A stretch of 64,000 bases of DNA from a virus: IMG/VR virus record IMGVR_UViG_3300044655_002046; one strand, 5' to 3'. The position numbers were made by a program, and so were the translations under genes. Of this stretch, positions 18,089 to 26,593 are shown one piece after another. The notes beneath the pieces were generated by a model, which did not search any database, was not told the DNA's origin, and was given only the letters and a program-made list of their open reading frames with translations. Positions within the stretch are counted from its first letter, which is position 1. Each line of letters starts with the position of its first letter.

Positions 18089-19527
18089 TAATACGAGTAG
18101 ATGGTAACTGGGCCTATATACCAGAACTACTGCCAGGCTGTCATAGACATCTCTGTGCAGTGCTAGACGTAGAAGAAGCCCGCTCTATAGCAGGTATTCT
18201 TCCTATTGAACCTCTAGCTATACCCGCCCATTACCCTCTCTACTACCCAGATAGGCAGGGGGGCCGTCGCTTATTGGCGGGCCTCCTCCCCCTCTACATG
18301 GAGTTATTACGTCGGGCCGGCCATACTGCGACTCTAGAGTTACTCTCTCAACCAACGCTACTCGATCCTGATGTAGACGCCAGACTACGCCCCGACCAAC
18401 GAGAGGCAATAGCTAGTATATTATGGGGCTGTCGAGGCTACGTACGGGCTGCTACTGGTTATGGGAAGAGCGCTGTTATAGCTACGCTGATGAAGTACTT
18501 CGAGGCCCGACGACTCATAGTAGTACCCACCGTGCGTCTACTCTACCAGATGGCAGAGGATGTACAGGAGTGGGCGGGCCTCTCACCTGGGCTAGTAGGA
18601 GATGGTAATGATGATATTAGAGCTATGACTATCGCTACCGTAGATACTCTCTATGAGCGCATTAAACGGAGTGATAAGCGCTATATAGAATGGCTCTCTA
18701 GCATTGAGATCGCCGTGTTCGATGAGGCGCATACCTATATGAACGCAAGTGGTATCACTACTGCTCTGTCATTAGACAACGCGCGTTATAAGATTGGCAT
18801 GACTGCCACACCTACAAGCAAAAAGATGATGGAGGCTATATTCGGCCCCCTTCTCGGAGAGTATCAGGAAACTACTCTCATCGAGAGAGGCGTTATCATG
18901 CAGCCTAAGTTCGAGTTCTATCCCGCTCCTCCCGGTGTAGTAACGCGCGGCTCATTTGATAAGCCCTTTACTCCGTGGCTATATAATCAGCTATACGATA
19001 ACGTCATAGTTAATAATAGAGCCCGCAATGCGCTTATAGCGAAGCACGCGCGTCGGTTGATAAGTGAAGGCTATGGGCCTGTGCTTATCCTAGTACGTAA
19101 GGTAGGTACTACTAGTAAGAAGAAGAATCCTACTAGCCAAGCCCTTAATATACTGACTGAGCTAGAGGCGCTGGGTATATCTCTACCTATTATTCATGGT
19201 AAGAGCTCTAACATAACAGACGTACTAGACCAGCTGTCAGCGGGCTCTATATCTGGCGCTATAGCCAGTGAGGGTATCCTGAGCCTAGGTGTGAGTATAC
19301 GCTCTATTGGTAGTATAATCATGGCCGCCGGCGGTAAGGGAGGAGTAGACGGTGTATCTATGATTCAAAAGGTGGGCCGGGCCTTACGCCTTAAAGAGGG
19401 TAAGCGTAACCCACCTATAATTGACTTCGTGGATCCTCAGGGCTGGTTCCACTCTCAGAGTGAGACGCGCATTAGAATAGCGACTGATACATACGGCGGT
19501 GATCACGTTACTGTATTCACTACTTGA
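18085..19527 (+). CDS. SF2 (UvsW-like) DNA helicase
   Basis: LRPDQREA, ATGYGKS, DEAH, GMTAT, IQKVGRALR. Confidence 0.9.
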   Translation: MIIRVDGNWAYIPELLPGCHRHLCAVLDVEEARSIAGILPIEPLAIPAHYPLYYPDRQGGRRLLAGLLPLYMELLRRAGHTATLELLSQPTLLDPDVDARLRPDQREAIASILWGCRGYVRAATGYGKSAVIATLMKYFEARRLIVVPTVRLLYQMAEDVQEWAGLSPGLVGDGNDDIRAMTIATVDTLYERIKRSDKRYIEWLSSIEIAVFDEAHTYMNASGITTALSLDNARYKIGMTATPTSKKMMEAIFGPLLGEYQETTLIERGVIMQPKFEFYPAPPGVVTRGSFDKPFTPWLYNQLYDNVIVNNRARNALIAKHARRLISEGYGPVLILVRKVGTTSKKKNPTSQALNILTELEALGISLPIIHGKSSNITDVLDQLSAGSISGAIASEGILSLGVSIRSIGSIIMAAGGKGGVDGVSMIQKVGRALRLKEGKRNPPIIDFVDPQGWFHSQSETRIRIATDTYGGDHVTVFTT

Positions 19528-19537
19528 TACTAGCTTC

Positions 19538-19801
19538 CTAGCATGCCCATGCCCGGCGGGCCTTACATAAGCGCTTGTTAGGTGTCTTGCGACAGTCTAT
19601 ATCGTGCATATCCGCCTGACCTGCGCTACGCGCACAGAAGCTCTTGCGGCGGGCCGCATCCGCCTTGTTCTTGGGATTAGGAGCAGGGGGCTTCAGGTTA
19701 GAGCCAGTAGCGCGATTATAATCAGCGCGGCCCTTAGCTGTTAGCCCTCCGTCTGGATCCTTGTGCTCTTTCTTAAAAGTGAAGCTCTTCTTCTTAGCCA
19801 T
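19538..19801 (-). CDS. DUF6321-like basic cyanophage protein
   Basis: GGLTAKGR..YNRATGSNLKPP..RRKSFCAR..ARRAWAC. Confidence 0.75.
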   Translation of the reverse strand: MAKKKSFTFKKEHKDPDGGLTAKGRADYNRATGSNLKPPAPNPKNKADAARRKSFCARSAGQADMHDIDCRKTPNKRLCKARRAWAC

Positions 19802-19827
19802 AGTTATTAACAGACATTAGAAATTGT

Positions 19828-19945
19828 GTTAGAATTAATCTCAATCCCTAGTAGGGTTTGAGATTCACCATTATCATACTCAACGTAATTGGTTAATAGT
19901 AGGTGTTATTGTGTATTAGTTTTAAACCCTACTAGAGATTGAAAC
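19828..19945 (+). CRISPR. Degenerate repeat-spacer-repeat mini-array, type I-D-like repeats
   Basis: 37-mers at 19828-19864 and 19909-19945 match the Microcystis I-D repeat as I recall it (GTTCCAATTAATCTTAAACCCTATTAGGGATTGAAAC) at 29/37 and 28/37; 44-nt spacer; no cas genes in the window. Confidence 0.6.
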
Positions 19946-20012
19946 TGATTGAATTATGGTAGATTCCCAATCCGAATATTGATAAGATAACTTTTTATTT
20001 AGGAGACACAAA

Positions 20013-20279
20013 GTGATTACTGCAAAACAATTAAAAGAGTTTTTGGCGACCGTTGAAGACAATGCGCTTATTTTTATAGGGAAAAGCGGAGGGATGTCTT
20101 ATGGTTGCCAAGATTTTATGGTTAAGAAGGAATTGTTTATAGAGAAAGAAGACCAGTTTCTTGATTCTCTAATTTGGGACCACGACTTCGATGACGAAGA
20201 AATTGAAAAGCTTGAGAAGGAAGCTATCGAGCGACAAGCTGTCTATTTACAATACTACCCAGATTGGGGAGAAGATTAA
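20013..20279 (+). CDS. Acidic hypothetical protein between CRISPR-like repeats
   Basis: 88 aa, AGGAG RBS, GTG start, AT-rich island. Confidence 0.7.
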   Translation: MITAKQLKEFLATVEDNALIFIGKSGGMSYGCQDFMVKKELFIEKEDQFLDSLIWDHDFDDEEIEKLEKEAIERQAVYLQYYPDWGED

Positions 20280-20293
20280 ATATTAAGGAAAAA

Positions 20294-20330
20294 GAAACAA
20301 TTAAGTTTAAGCTTTATTAGGGATTGAAAC
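20294..20330 (+). CRISPR. Solitary type I-D-like repeat
   Basis: GAAACAATTAAGTTTAAGCTTTATTAGGGATTGAAAC; 29/37 to the recalled repeat, last 16 nt identical. Confidence 0.6.
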
Positions 20331-20342
20331 TGATACTAAACA

Positions 20343-20648
20343 ATGAATCAAACGCAACTAGATAAAAAGATCGATCAATTTCTAAGAAAGAAATTAACCA
20401 AAGCAGAACTAAAAGAGATGGGAATAAAACCACACTCTTTAATCTTAACAATACGCAATCTTATCGAAAGGTATCTATCTATTATTTGGACTAATCTTAA
20501 AGAAGATGTTCCTTATGGATGGGAGCAATTTTTTGAATGTTTTCGTTTATGGCAAGAATTAATATTTGAGAAAGACTGTACTAATTCTTGCAAAGGAATG
20601 TTTTTCTGGTTTCTTAGTGATAAGCAATGGTATCTTGGCAATGAATAA
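20343..20648 (+). CDS. Hypothetical protein (host-like)
   Basis: 101-aa ORF starting 12 nt after the solitary repeat. Confidence 0.6.
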   Translation: MNQTQLDKKIDQFLRKKLTKAELKEMGIKPHSLILTIRNLIERYLSIIWTNLKEDVPYGWEQFFECFRLWQELIFEKDCTNSCKGMFFWFLSDKQWYLGNE

Positions 20649-20688
20649 ACATTAAAACTTTATATGTAAAATTAATCGGAGTCACGAT

Positions 20689-21210
20689 ATGTTTTATGTA
20701 GAACTGTTAAATTCTTGCTATTCTTACTCTTCTATTCAAGACAGTCAGTCAGAAGAACCTGTTGAAAACTATCCTCAACAGAGTCAAGGACTTTTCAGTG
20801 ATATTAATAAAAACCGTCAAACTCAAAAAGGATTAGAAGGTTATTTACAAACCTTTCTAAATATTTGGAATCGAGAATTAGAGCCTGATGGTGAATTTAG
20901 TTGGCAGATTATTCGGTTTCAGTTTAAAGAAACAAAAAGTTTTATGTTAGCCATTGTTTTCTCTACGCAAGAGTACGGAGAAAAACCTCAACCCGTTTCT
21001 GAACTAGAACAAGAGCAACGAATAGAATCTCTTAATCAACTAATAAAACAGAAAAATGATTTAGTTTGTTCAGTTTCTGATACAGAAATTATCATTATTA
21101 AGCGCAATGAACAAAGACTATGGACTTGTAGTATGGCGCGTAAAGACGCAGGAGAGGCAATGCTTCAACTTCTTAATTTGCAAGAATCTCAAAAGAATCA
21201 AAAACCATGA
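20689..21210 (+). CDS. Host-like protein resembling the C-terminal fragment of a cyanobacterial N-6 DNA methylase
   Basis: SDTEIIIIKRNEQRLWTCSMARKDA motif recalled from such C-termini; no SAM-binding or NPP motifs present. Confidence 0.4.
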   Translation: MFYVELLNSCYSYSSIQDSQSEEPVENYPQQSQGLFSDINKNRQTQKGLEGYLQTFLNIWNRELEPDGEFSWQIIRFQFKETKSFMLAIVFSTQEYGEKPQPVSELEQEQRIESLNQLIKQKNDLVCSVSDTEIIIIKRNEQRLWTCSMARKDAGEAMLQLLNLQESQKNQKP

Positions 21211-21239
21211 TTGACAGGCATTAAGAATTATGGTAAGAT
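21211..21239 (+). promoter_or_regulatory. sigma70-type promoter for tRNA-Tyr
   Basis: TTGACA-17 nt-TAAGAT with extended TG, 12 nt before the tRNA. Confidence 0.8.
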
Positions 21240-21251
21240 AAATCTAAACAA

Positions 21252-21333
21252 GGGTTAGTGGCCGAGTAGTCGAAGGCGACAGACTGTAAATCTGTAGAGT
21301 AATTCCACGCTGGTGCAAATCCAGCCTAACCCA
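21252..21333 (+). tRNA. tRNA-Tyr(GTA)
   Basis: Acceptor GGGTTAG/CTAACCC, anticodon arm ACAGA-CTGTAAA-TCTGT, long variable arm, T arm GCTGG-TGCAAAT-CCAGC; CCA not encoded. Confidence 0.92.
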
Positions 21334-21362
21334 CTAAAAATAATAACCATAGGAGTAAATCA

Positions 21363-21635
21363 ATGGACAAAACAATTACAGTTTATGTCACAAAATACGC
21401 TTTGACAAGTGGCATTATAAAGTGCAATGGAAAAATCTGCCATGGGGTATTTTCCCCGGATAATCCCCGTAAATTTAATATGTTAATGCTAGACGGATTT
21501 ACCTCAAAAGAGTACGTGCTAACGGAAACAGAAGCTCAAAAAGTCTTTGAAGAAAAGAGACTTAAAGCAATTAAACAAACTGAAAGAAAACTTGAAAAAC
21601 TGAAGAATCTAAAAATGCAACTCAATGAGTATTAA
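21363..21635 (+). CDS. Conserved small phage protein
   Basis: GGAG RBS; VYVTKYALTSGI N-terminus and C-terminal coiled coil. Confidence 0.7.
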   Translation: MDKTITVYVTKYALTSGIIKCNGKICHGVFSPDNPRKFNMLMLDGFTSKEYVLTETEAQKVFEEKRLKAIKQTERKLEKLKNLKMQLNEY

Positions 21636-21674
21636 ATGAATTTATTAACTCGTGACTGGTGGCATAATTTAATA

Positions 21675-21874
21675 GGTACTAGAGACGGGAATTGAACCCG
21701 CAAAACTTAATTAAATCTACTCCTGACGAAACGCCCTTCCCTCACTCAATCTTTGCCAAGTTCGGTGGATTCGCAAATTTCAGTTTTGAAACAAAAAACA
21801 AAGGTATTTTTTGCATTAAGTCCCTTTTCGGTTGAAGGCTACGTTTCAGCCTTTAGCTACCAAGCTACTCTAGT
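21675..21874 (-). ncRNA. tRNA-shaped ~200-nt structured RNA with large internal insertion
   Basis: Acceptor ACTAGAG/CTCTAGT+A,CC; canonical T arm GCGGG-TTCAATT-CCCGT; long-range GAAACG/CGTTTC pairing; own promoter. Confidence 0.7.
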
Positions 21875-21880
21875 ATTTCA

Positions 21881-21909
21881 ATTTTATCAGAGACTTCTAA
21901 AATTGTCAA
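21881..21909 (-). promoter_or_regulatory. Near-consensus sigma70 promoter for the tRNA-like RNA
   Basis: Minus strand TTGACA (21909-21904), 17 nt, TAAAAT (21886-21881) with extended TG. Predicted +1 falls at 21874, the first acceptor base. Confidence 0.8.
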
Positions 21910-21926
21910 TCCTTGCATGACTACTT

Positions 21927-22514
21927 ATGTTCTTTATTATTATTCATGGTCTAAGTGGCTCAGGTAAGACTGAAGCCTCTAAGTGTTTATCTGAGTTACT
22001 GGGGGTTGAAGAGATACATCCTATAGCCCCGTGGAAGCGCTTCACAGAGAAGTACTATGAATTGCCAGAGGGGGCCCTTGATACAACAGAATACAAGGAG
22101 TATACGCCCAATGGTATGAATATAACCATGAATCAGTTTATGGTTAACCTCTATCACTTCATGAGAGAGAACGACCCCTACTTCTCTAGTCGCATGATGC
22201 GGACTGAGATACGGCGCCATATCAGCAAGGGTATACCTACTCTTCTATTGTCCCTACGCAACCTAGAGGAGGTAGAGGTAATAGAGAGTATGCTATCTAC
22301 ATTGATTAATAGATGTTGTATAGTAATCAATATAAGCCGCTCGTCTGAGCAGGTACTGAGTAGTGATGTTAACTATCAGGCTATTAAAGACCGTCTGGCT
22401 CGCCTTAATGGGGCGGGCGTTCATTATATAGACATAGTTAATGACTACCGCAGAGTATCAGACTTGAAGAAGGCACTAGAGAGATTGCTTAAGATTTATG
22501 TCAATACTAGATAA
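21927..22514 (+). CDS. P-loop nucleotide (dNMP) kinase-like protein
   Basis: N-terminal IIHGLSGSGKT; ~195 aa. Confidence 0.7.
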   Translation: MFFIIIHGLSGSGKTEASKCLSELLGVEEIHPIAPWKRFTEKYYELPEGALDTTEYKEYTPNGMNITMNQFMVNLYHFMRENDPYFSSRMMRTEIRRHISKGIPTLLLSLRNLEEVEVIESMLSTLINRCCIVINISRSSEQVLSSDVNYQAIKDRLARLNGAGVHYIDIVNDYRRVSDLKKALERLLKIYVNTR

Positions 22515-22953
22515 TAGGCCGTGGTACTACGTTATATATAAGGGCCCCGATTCTTATATAGGTGTGACTGATTATCTCGCGGCCGTGGCGTATGATAATC
22601 GGACTAGTCTAAGTTTTATGACGCAGCGGAGTAGATTACTCAACTACTTGAAGAAGGGTCGCGCAGATTACAAGACCAGTATTCGCCTAGCCCTCGCTAT
22701 CAAGCCCGCCAGTGTGGCAGGTTATGGTAACTATCTAGTAAGACAGAGGGGACACCTATCAGTTATTGAGCGGTGTGATGTTAGTACTCCTCATAGTCAT
22801 AAGCATTTGAAGTCCGCGCGGATCGAGCTGATTAGCTACCTCGAGGGCGAGATGAACCGATGGAGTAAAACAATTAGGACTATACGGAGATTAGATGCAG
22901 ATAACATTCAACGGCCCCTACCAGATGCTACTGGGCCCGGCAGGGAGTGGTAA
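22498..22953 (+). CDS. Hypothetical protein
   Basis: 151-aa ORF overlapping both neighbours. Confidence 0.65.
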   Translation: MSILDNRPWYYVIYKGPDSYIGVTDYLAAVAYDNRTSLSFMTQRSRLLNYLKKGRADYKTSIRLALAIKPASVAGYGNYLVRQRGHLSVIERCDVSTPHSHKHLKSARIELISYLEGEMNRWSKTIRTIRRLDADNIQRPLPDATGPGREW

Positions 22954-24073
22954 GACAACATACATACAGAGTTTGAGTAAGGCCCTCATTACTAGTAGTA
23001 CTGGCGTGAGCGCTATTAATGCAGGCGGTACTACCATTCACGCAGCCCTCCAGTTCTTCGACACTACTAGTCTATTACGCTCCGCTTCTGCTGGGACGCT
23101 GGCTACTAAGCTACGGGCTATATCTAATCTCTTCGATACCCTAGTCATAGATGAGATCAGCATGCTGCATGGCCCGCAGCTATCTATTATTCATTACGTA
23201 ATGGAGAAGAATAACATAAATATGAATCTCCTACTTGTGGGGGACTTCTGTCAGTTACCGCTAGTACCAGATAGGAAGGTTACTAGCACGCCGGTATATC
23301 AAACAGAATGCCTGCAGAACTTCGATATACAGTATTTACGGGAGGTCAGGCGTCAAAGCGACCCAGGCTTCATACAAGCACTGACTAGCGTAAGAGAAAG
23401 ACGGCCTCACGAAGCAGTAGATTGGTTCATGGATAATGTAGAGTTTGTCAATCAGATCGATAATAACTACGCGGGTACTACTATCCTGACTACTAATGAT
23501 AGTGTAGATAGATATAACGCCCTGCACCTAGCGCAACTAGAGGGGCCTAGTCGTCTCTACGCTAAGAATTATGTTATACCGAAGGGGGGCAGGGCCGCTC
23601 CTGAGTGGGGCCAAATACCTGAATCAGTAGAGCTAAGGAAAGGTGCCCGCGTTATTATACTTCGTAATAGGCTGCCTACATACGCTAATGGTGATATCGC
23701 TGTAGTCAAGGAGCTCATGACTGATACTATACTGGTGACAGTAGAACGTACCGGTCAGGAGACTATCATTGAATACGTGACACGAGATAATAAAGAGCTC
23801 GGCACTAACAAACTATTGGGGCGCTGCCACTACTTACCCGTTAGACTCGGTTATGCTCTCACTGTTCATCGTAGTCAGGGACTCACGCTTAATAACGTAC
23901 AGGCCCGTCTCAGTAATTTACGTTGGCTCAGCGGGGGCCTCTATACTATTCTTAGTCGTGTACGTCACTATAGCGGCCTCCGCCTGATAGGTACACGATC
24001 CACCTTCTGTGATAGTTGCTATATAGAGCCCTCTATTCTTAAATTCTATAATCAGTTAGGTACTAAATCATAA
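22895..24073 (+). CDS. SF1B (PIF1/RecD-like) helicase
   Basis: GPAGSGKT, IDEISM, GDFCQLP, VRRQSD, ALTVHRSQG, LSRV. Confidence 0.92.
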   Translation: MQITFNGPYQMLLGPAGSGKTTYIQSLSKALITSSTGVSAINAGGTTIHAALQFFDTTSLLRSASAGTLATKLRAISNLFDTLVIDEISMLHGPQLSIIHYVMEKNNINMNLLLVGDFCQLPLVPDRKVTSTPVYQTECLQNFDIQYLREVRRQSDPGFIQALTSVRERRPHEAVDWFMDNVEFVNQIDNNYAGTTILTTNDSVDRYNALHLAQLEGPSRLYAKNYVIPKGGRAAPEWGQIPESVELRKGARVIILRNRLPTYANGDIAVVKELMTDTILVTVERTGQETIIEYVTRDNKELGTNKLLGRCHYLPVRLGYALTVHRSQGLTLNNVQARLSNLRWLSGGLYTILSRVRHYSGLRLIGTRSTFCDSCYIEPSILKFYNQLGTKS

Positions 24074-24354
24074 TGCTGGATTTACTTAAATACTTGCGGG
24101 GGCGTATATCTGACTTCCGCGAACCATATCAATCTCGTACAGCCAAGGACGACGAGATCTTATGCTGGTTTCATGGCAACCGCCGTCTCGCGTGTGTTAG
24201 ATGGATTAAGGGTGGTTATTGTATTATCCCTAACTACCACCCTAATTTATTGAGCATCTTATCTACATTCAAGACAGCTCAACATTACAGTGACGAAGAA
24301 GCACCTGATGCCGTATACGAGGCTTACAGAAACCTATTTGATAACAATGGGTGA
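24073..24354 (+). CDS. Hypothetical protein
   Basis: 93 aa, start overlaps the upstream stop (TAATG). Confidence 0.6.
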   Translation: MLDLLKYLRGRISDFREPYQSRTAKDDEILCWFHGNRRLACVRWIKGGYCIIPNYHPNLLSILSTFKTAQHYSDEEAPDAVYEAYRNLFDNNG

Positions 24355-24506
24355 ACTACTGTGATGTAGAATCTTTCATCAATTAATTGTCGTTAGGAAC
24401 TAGCGATACTGCCTATAGAGGGGATGTAAAAAAGTTGGGCGTAAGTCCGTCTTGAGGCAATCCCCCGTGAAATAGGAAGCTCTCAACAGAGTTGAGAGTA
24501 GTTCAC
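24351..24506 (+). mobile_element. IS605/tnpB 3'-end relic (putative stand-alone TnpB omegaRNA)
   Basis: Encodes GTSDTAYRGDVKKLGVSPS*, similar to cyanobacterial TnpB C-termini. Then AATCCCCCGTGAAATAGGAAGCTCTC hairpin ending GAGTAGTTCAC; bounded by 10-bp inverted repeats. Confidence 0.6.
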
Positions 24507-24536
24507 ACCTAATTGTTAATCTAAGGGAAAGATGAA

Positions 24537-24863
24537 ATGCATCGAAATATAAGCACCGATGAAGCTATCAAGCTACTCAAAGAGGACGATAATGCCGATT
24601 GGTCGTGGTCGAGCGCTCGGGCCCTAGTAGAATACATTGAAGATATGGAAAGTGATGAGAATATACGTATTGAATTTGATAGGGTAGCTTTTAGATGCGA
24701 ATTCTCAGAGTATTCTAGCGCTTTAGAAGCAGCCCAAGATTACGGCTTTATACCAGAAGAAGAAGATGATGAGGATGATATCGAGTCATCTGCTATTACT
24801 TATCTAGAAGACAAAACAACAGTAATTAAATTTGAGGGGGGCGTTATTATTCAACAATTTTAA
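24537..24863 (+). CDS. Acidic host-like hypothetical protein
   Basis: 108 aa, AT-rich island. Confidence 0.7.
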   Translation: MHRNISTDEAIKLLKEDDNADWSWSSARALVEYIEDMESDENIRIEFDRVAFRCEFSEYSSALEAAQDYGFIPEEEDDEDDIESSAITYLEDKTTVIKFEGGVIIQQF

Positions 24864-24877
24864 TTAATTAGTTAGAT

Positions 24878-24936
24878 TTGACATCCTCACCACGCCACTT
24901 TTTAAGGGTGGGCGCTGAATGGGGTTGACGCTTCAC
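24878..24936 (+). mobile_element. Short IS200/IS605-like end fragment
   Basis: TTGACATCCTCACCAC..GGTGGG..GCTTCAC resembles cyanobacterial IS605-family ends; degenerate. Confidence 0.35.
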
Positions 24937-24964
24937 AATATTGTCATCTATACAGAGAGTATAA

Positions 24965-25351
24965 ATGCTTACTGAATTTTTGCATGATTGGGTCAAGTCT
25001 GAGCCTCACATTTGTGGGTATGGGTTGGGTACTTTTCGGAATACCTTTTTTATCGAACTATCTTGGGGTGATTGGATTTCTATCTCTACCTCTGGTCCTA
25101 ATCCCTTTTTGTTAGATAGAGGGTCGCTTGCTAAGTTGATCTATTTTTTTCAAATGCGACTAGATAGCTTTGGCTATGGCTGGGTTATTCAACGATTACC
25201 TAATAGTTATACTGTGACAGTTACCGTGAACCCCAATATTTACGAGACTTCACGTTGTTTTGTCTCTCGGCAAGAGTCTCTCATTGAGGCTCTGCTAGAG
25301 GTGTATTTAGAGGCGGTTGCTTATAAGAAAAAGTCGCTTTACGTTCAGTAA
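24965..25351 (+). CDS. Hypothetical protein
   Basis: 128-aa ORF immediately upstream of the array. Confidence 0.65.
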   Translation: MLTEFLHDWVKSEPHICGYGLGTFRNTFFIELSWGDWISISTSGPNPFLLDRGSLAKLIYFFQMRLDSFGYGWVIQRLPNSYTVTVTVNPNIYETSRCFVSRQESLIEALLEVYLEAVAYKKKSLYVQ

Positions 25352-25364
25352 AAGAAGGCATCTA

Positions 25365-25586
25365 ATGAAAGAGATTAGTACAAATTATTGGGCGCCCCAT
25401 AATGATTATGGGGCGCCTCATAATGATTATCTATGGGACGCACCTATACCTATTACTAACCCGCCAATAGCAAACGGTGATACTTTATACTATAGCTTCT
25501 ACGTTTATAATGCTGGGGGGCCCGCCAAGTTTTACGATAGACTGACAGGAAATGTTGAGGACGGTTATTTCGATGAAGATGATTAA
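25365..25586 (+). CDS. Array unit
   Basis: MKEISTNYWAPHN...GYFDEDD. Confidence 0.6.
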   Translation: MKEISTNYWAPHNDYGAPHNDYLWDAPIPITNPPIANGDTLYYSFYVYNAGGPAKFYDRLTGNVEDGYFDEDD

Positions 25587-25770
25587 TTCTGACAATTGGG
25601 CCCCTCGTAATAGAAGAGCCCCGCATGCGTGGCTATATACTAAACCTATTACTGACCCGCCTGTTGACCAACAAGTGTATTTTGCTTATAGTCGAGAAGT
25701 CGCCTGGTTTTATTATAGACTAGGAGAATTTGCGTTATATGGCTTTTATGGGGGGCGATTACTTCAATGA
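25573..25770 (+). CDS. Array unit
   Basis: MKMINSDNWAPRN...GGRLLQ. Confidence 0.6.
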   Translation: MKMINSDNWAPRNRRAPHAWLYTKPITDPPVDQQVYFAYSREVAWFYYRLGEFALYGFYGGRLLQ

Positions 25771-25976
25771 GAGCGATTAGCTGTAATAAGCTTAATTACT
25801 TGTTTTATTATTATGAGGATGTGACCGTCGAGAGTCATATTCCTGAATTAAGCAGGTGCTCTATCGCCTATCATTACTACTATGAAAGCATGGGTGTCGA
25901 GGTTTATATCCTTGAACTGAACAAGTTACATGTTCCTATCCACCTGTTTTATCATAGATTAGGACATGTGTTATAA
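25767..25976 (+). CDS. Array unit
   Basis: MRAISCNKLNY...FYHRLGHVL. Confidence 0.6.
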   Translation: MRAISCNKLNYLFYYYEDVTVESHIPELSRCSIAYHYYYESMGVEVYILELNKLHVPIHLFYHRLGHVL

Positions 25977-26005
25977 TAACATTCTAGATAAGGACGGTTA
26001 TTTCT

Positions 26006-26188
26006 ATGAAGATGATTAATTGTAATGATTGGGCCCCTCGTAATAGAAGGGCTGCGCATATACGGGATATACCTGTACCTACTACTAACCCGTTGATAGC
26101 AAACCGGAATAATTTATACTATAACTTTCATACTTATAGTGCCGGAGGAGTCGCTTGCGTTTACCGTAACCTATCATTATTTCTATGA
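26006..26188 (+). CDS. Array unit
   Basis: MKMINCNDWAPRN... Confidence 0.6.
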   Translation: MKMINCNDWAPRNRRAAHIRDIPVPTTNPLIANRNNLYYNFHTYSAGGVACVYRNLSLFL

Positions 26189-26400
26189 AGAAGATTAATT
26201 GTAATGGTTGGGCTCCGCGTAATAAGCCGGTTCCGTATGAGTGGAGCGCACCCATACCTATTACTAACCCGTTGATAGCAAACGGTGATAGTTTATACTA
26301 TACTAACTTTCATACTTATAGTGCCGGAGGAGTCGCTTGCGTTTACCGTAACCTATCTGAGCCTACTATAACCTACCATTATTTCTATGAAGAAGATTAA
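26185..26400 (+). CDS. Array unit
   Basis: MKKINCNGWAPRN...YFYEED. Confidence 0.6.
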   Translation: MKKINCNGWAPRNKPVPYEWSAPIPITNPLIANGDSLYYTNFHTYSAGGVACVYRNLSEPTITYHYFYEED

Positions 26401-26593
26401 TTGTAATGATTGGGCCCCACGTAATAAGCTGTTTCCATATAAGTGGGGCACCGCACCTATACCTATTACTAATCCGTTGATAGCACACCATAGTAGTTTA
26501 TACTATAACTTTTATGTCGGAGGAGTCGCTTGGGCTTACCATAACCTATCTGAGCCTACTATAACCTACCATTATTTCTATGAAGAAGATTAA
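26387..26593 (+). CDS. Array unit
   Basis: MKKINCNDWAPRN...YFYEED. Confidence 0.6.
   Translation: MKKINCNDWAPRNKLFPYKWGTAPIPITNPLIAHHSSLYYNFYVGGVAWAYHNLSEPTITYHYFYEED

Noticed and set aside
21675-21874. Calling the RNA a canonical tmRNA, a standard tRNA or a hammerhead ribozyme
   Set aside because: No G3.U70, no valid 7-nt anticodon loop; CTGACGAAAC on the plus strand lacks stem II between CUGANGA and GAAA.
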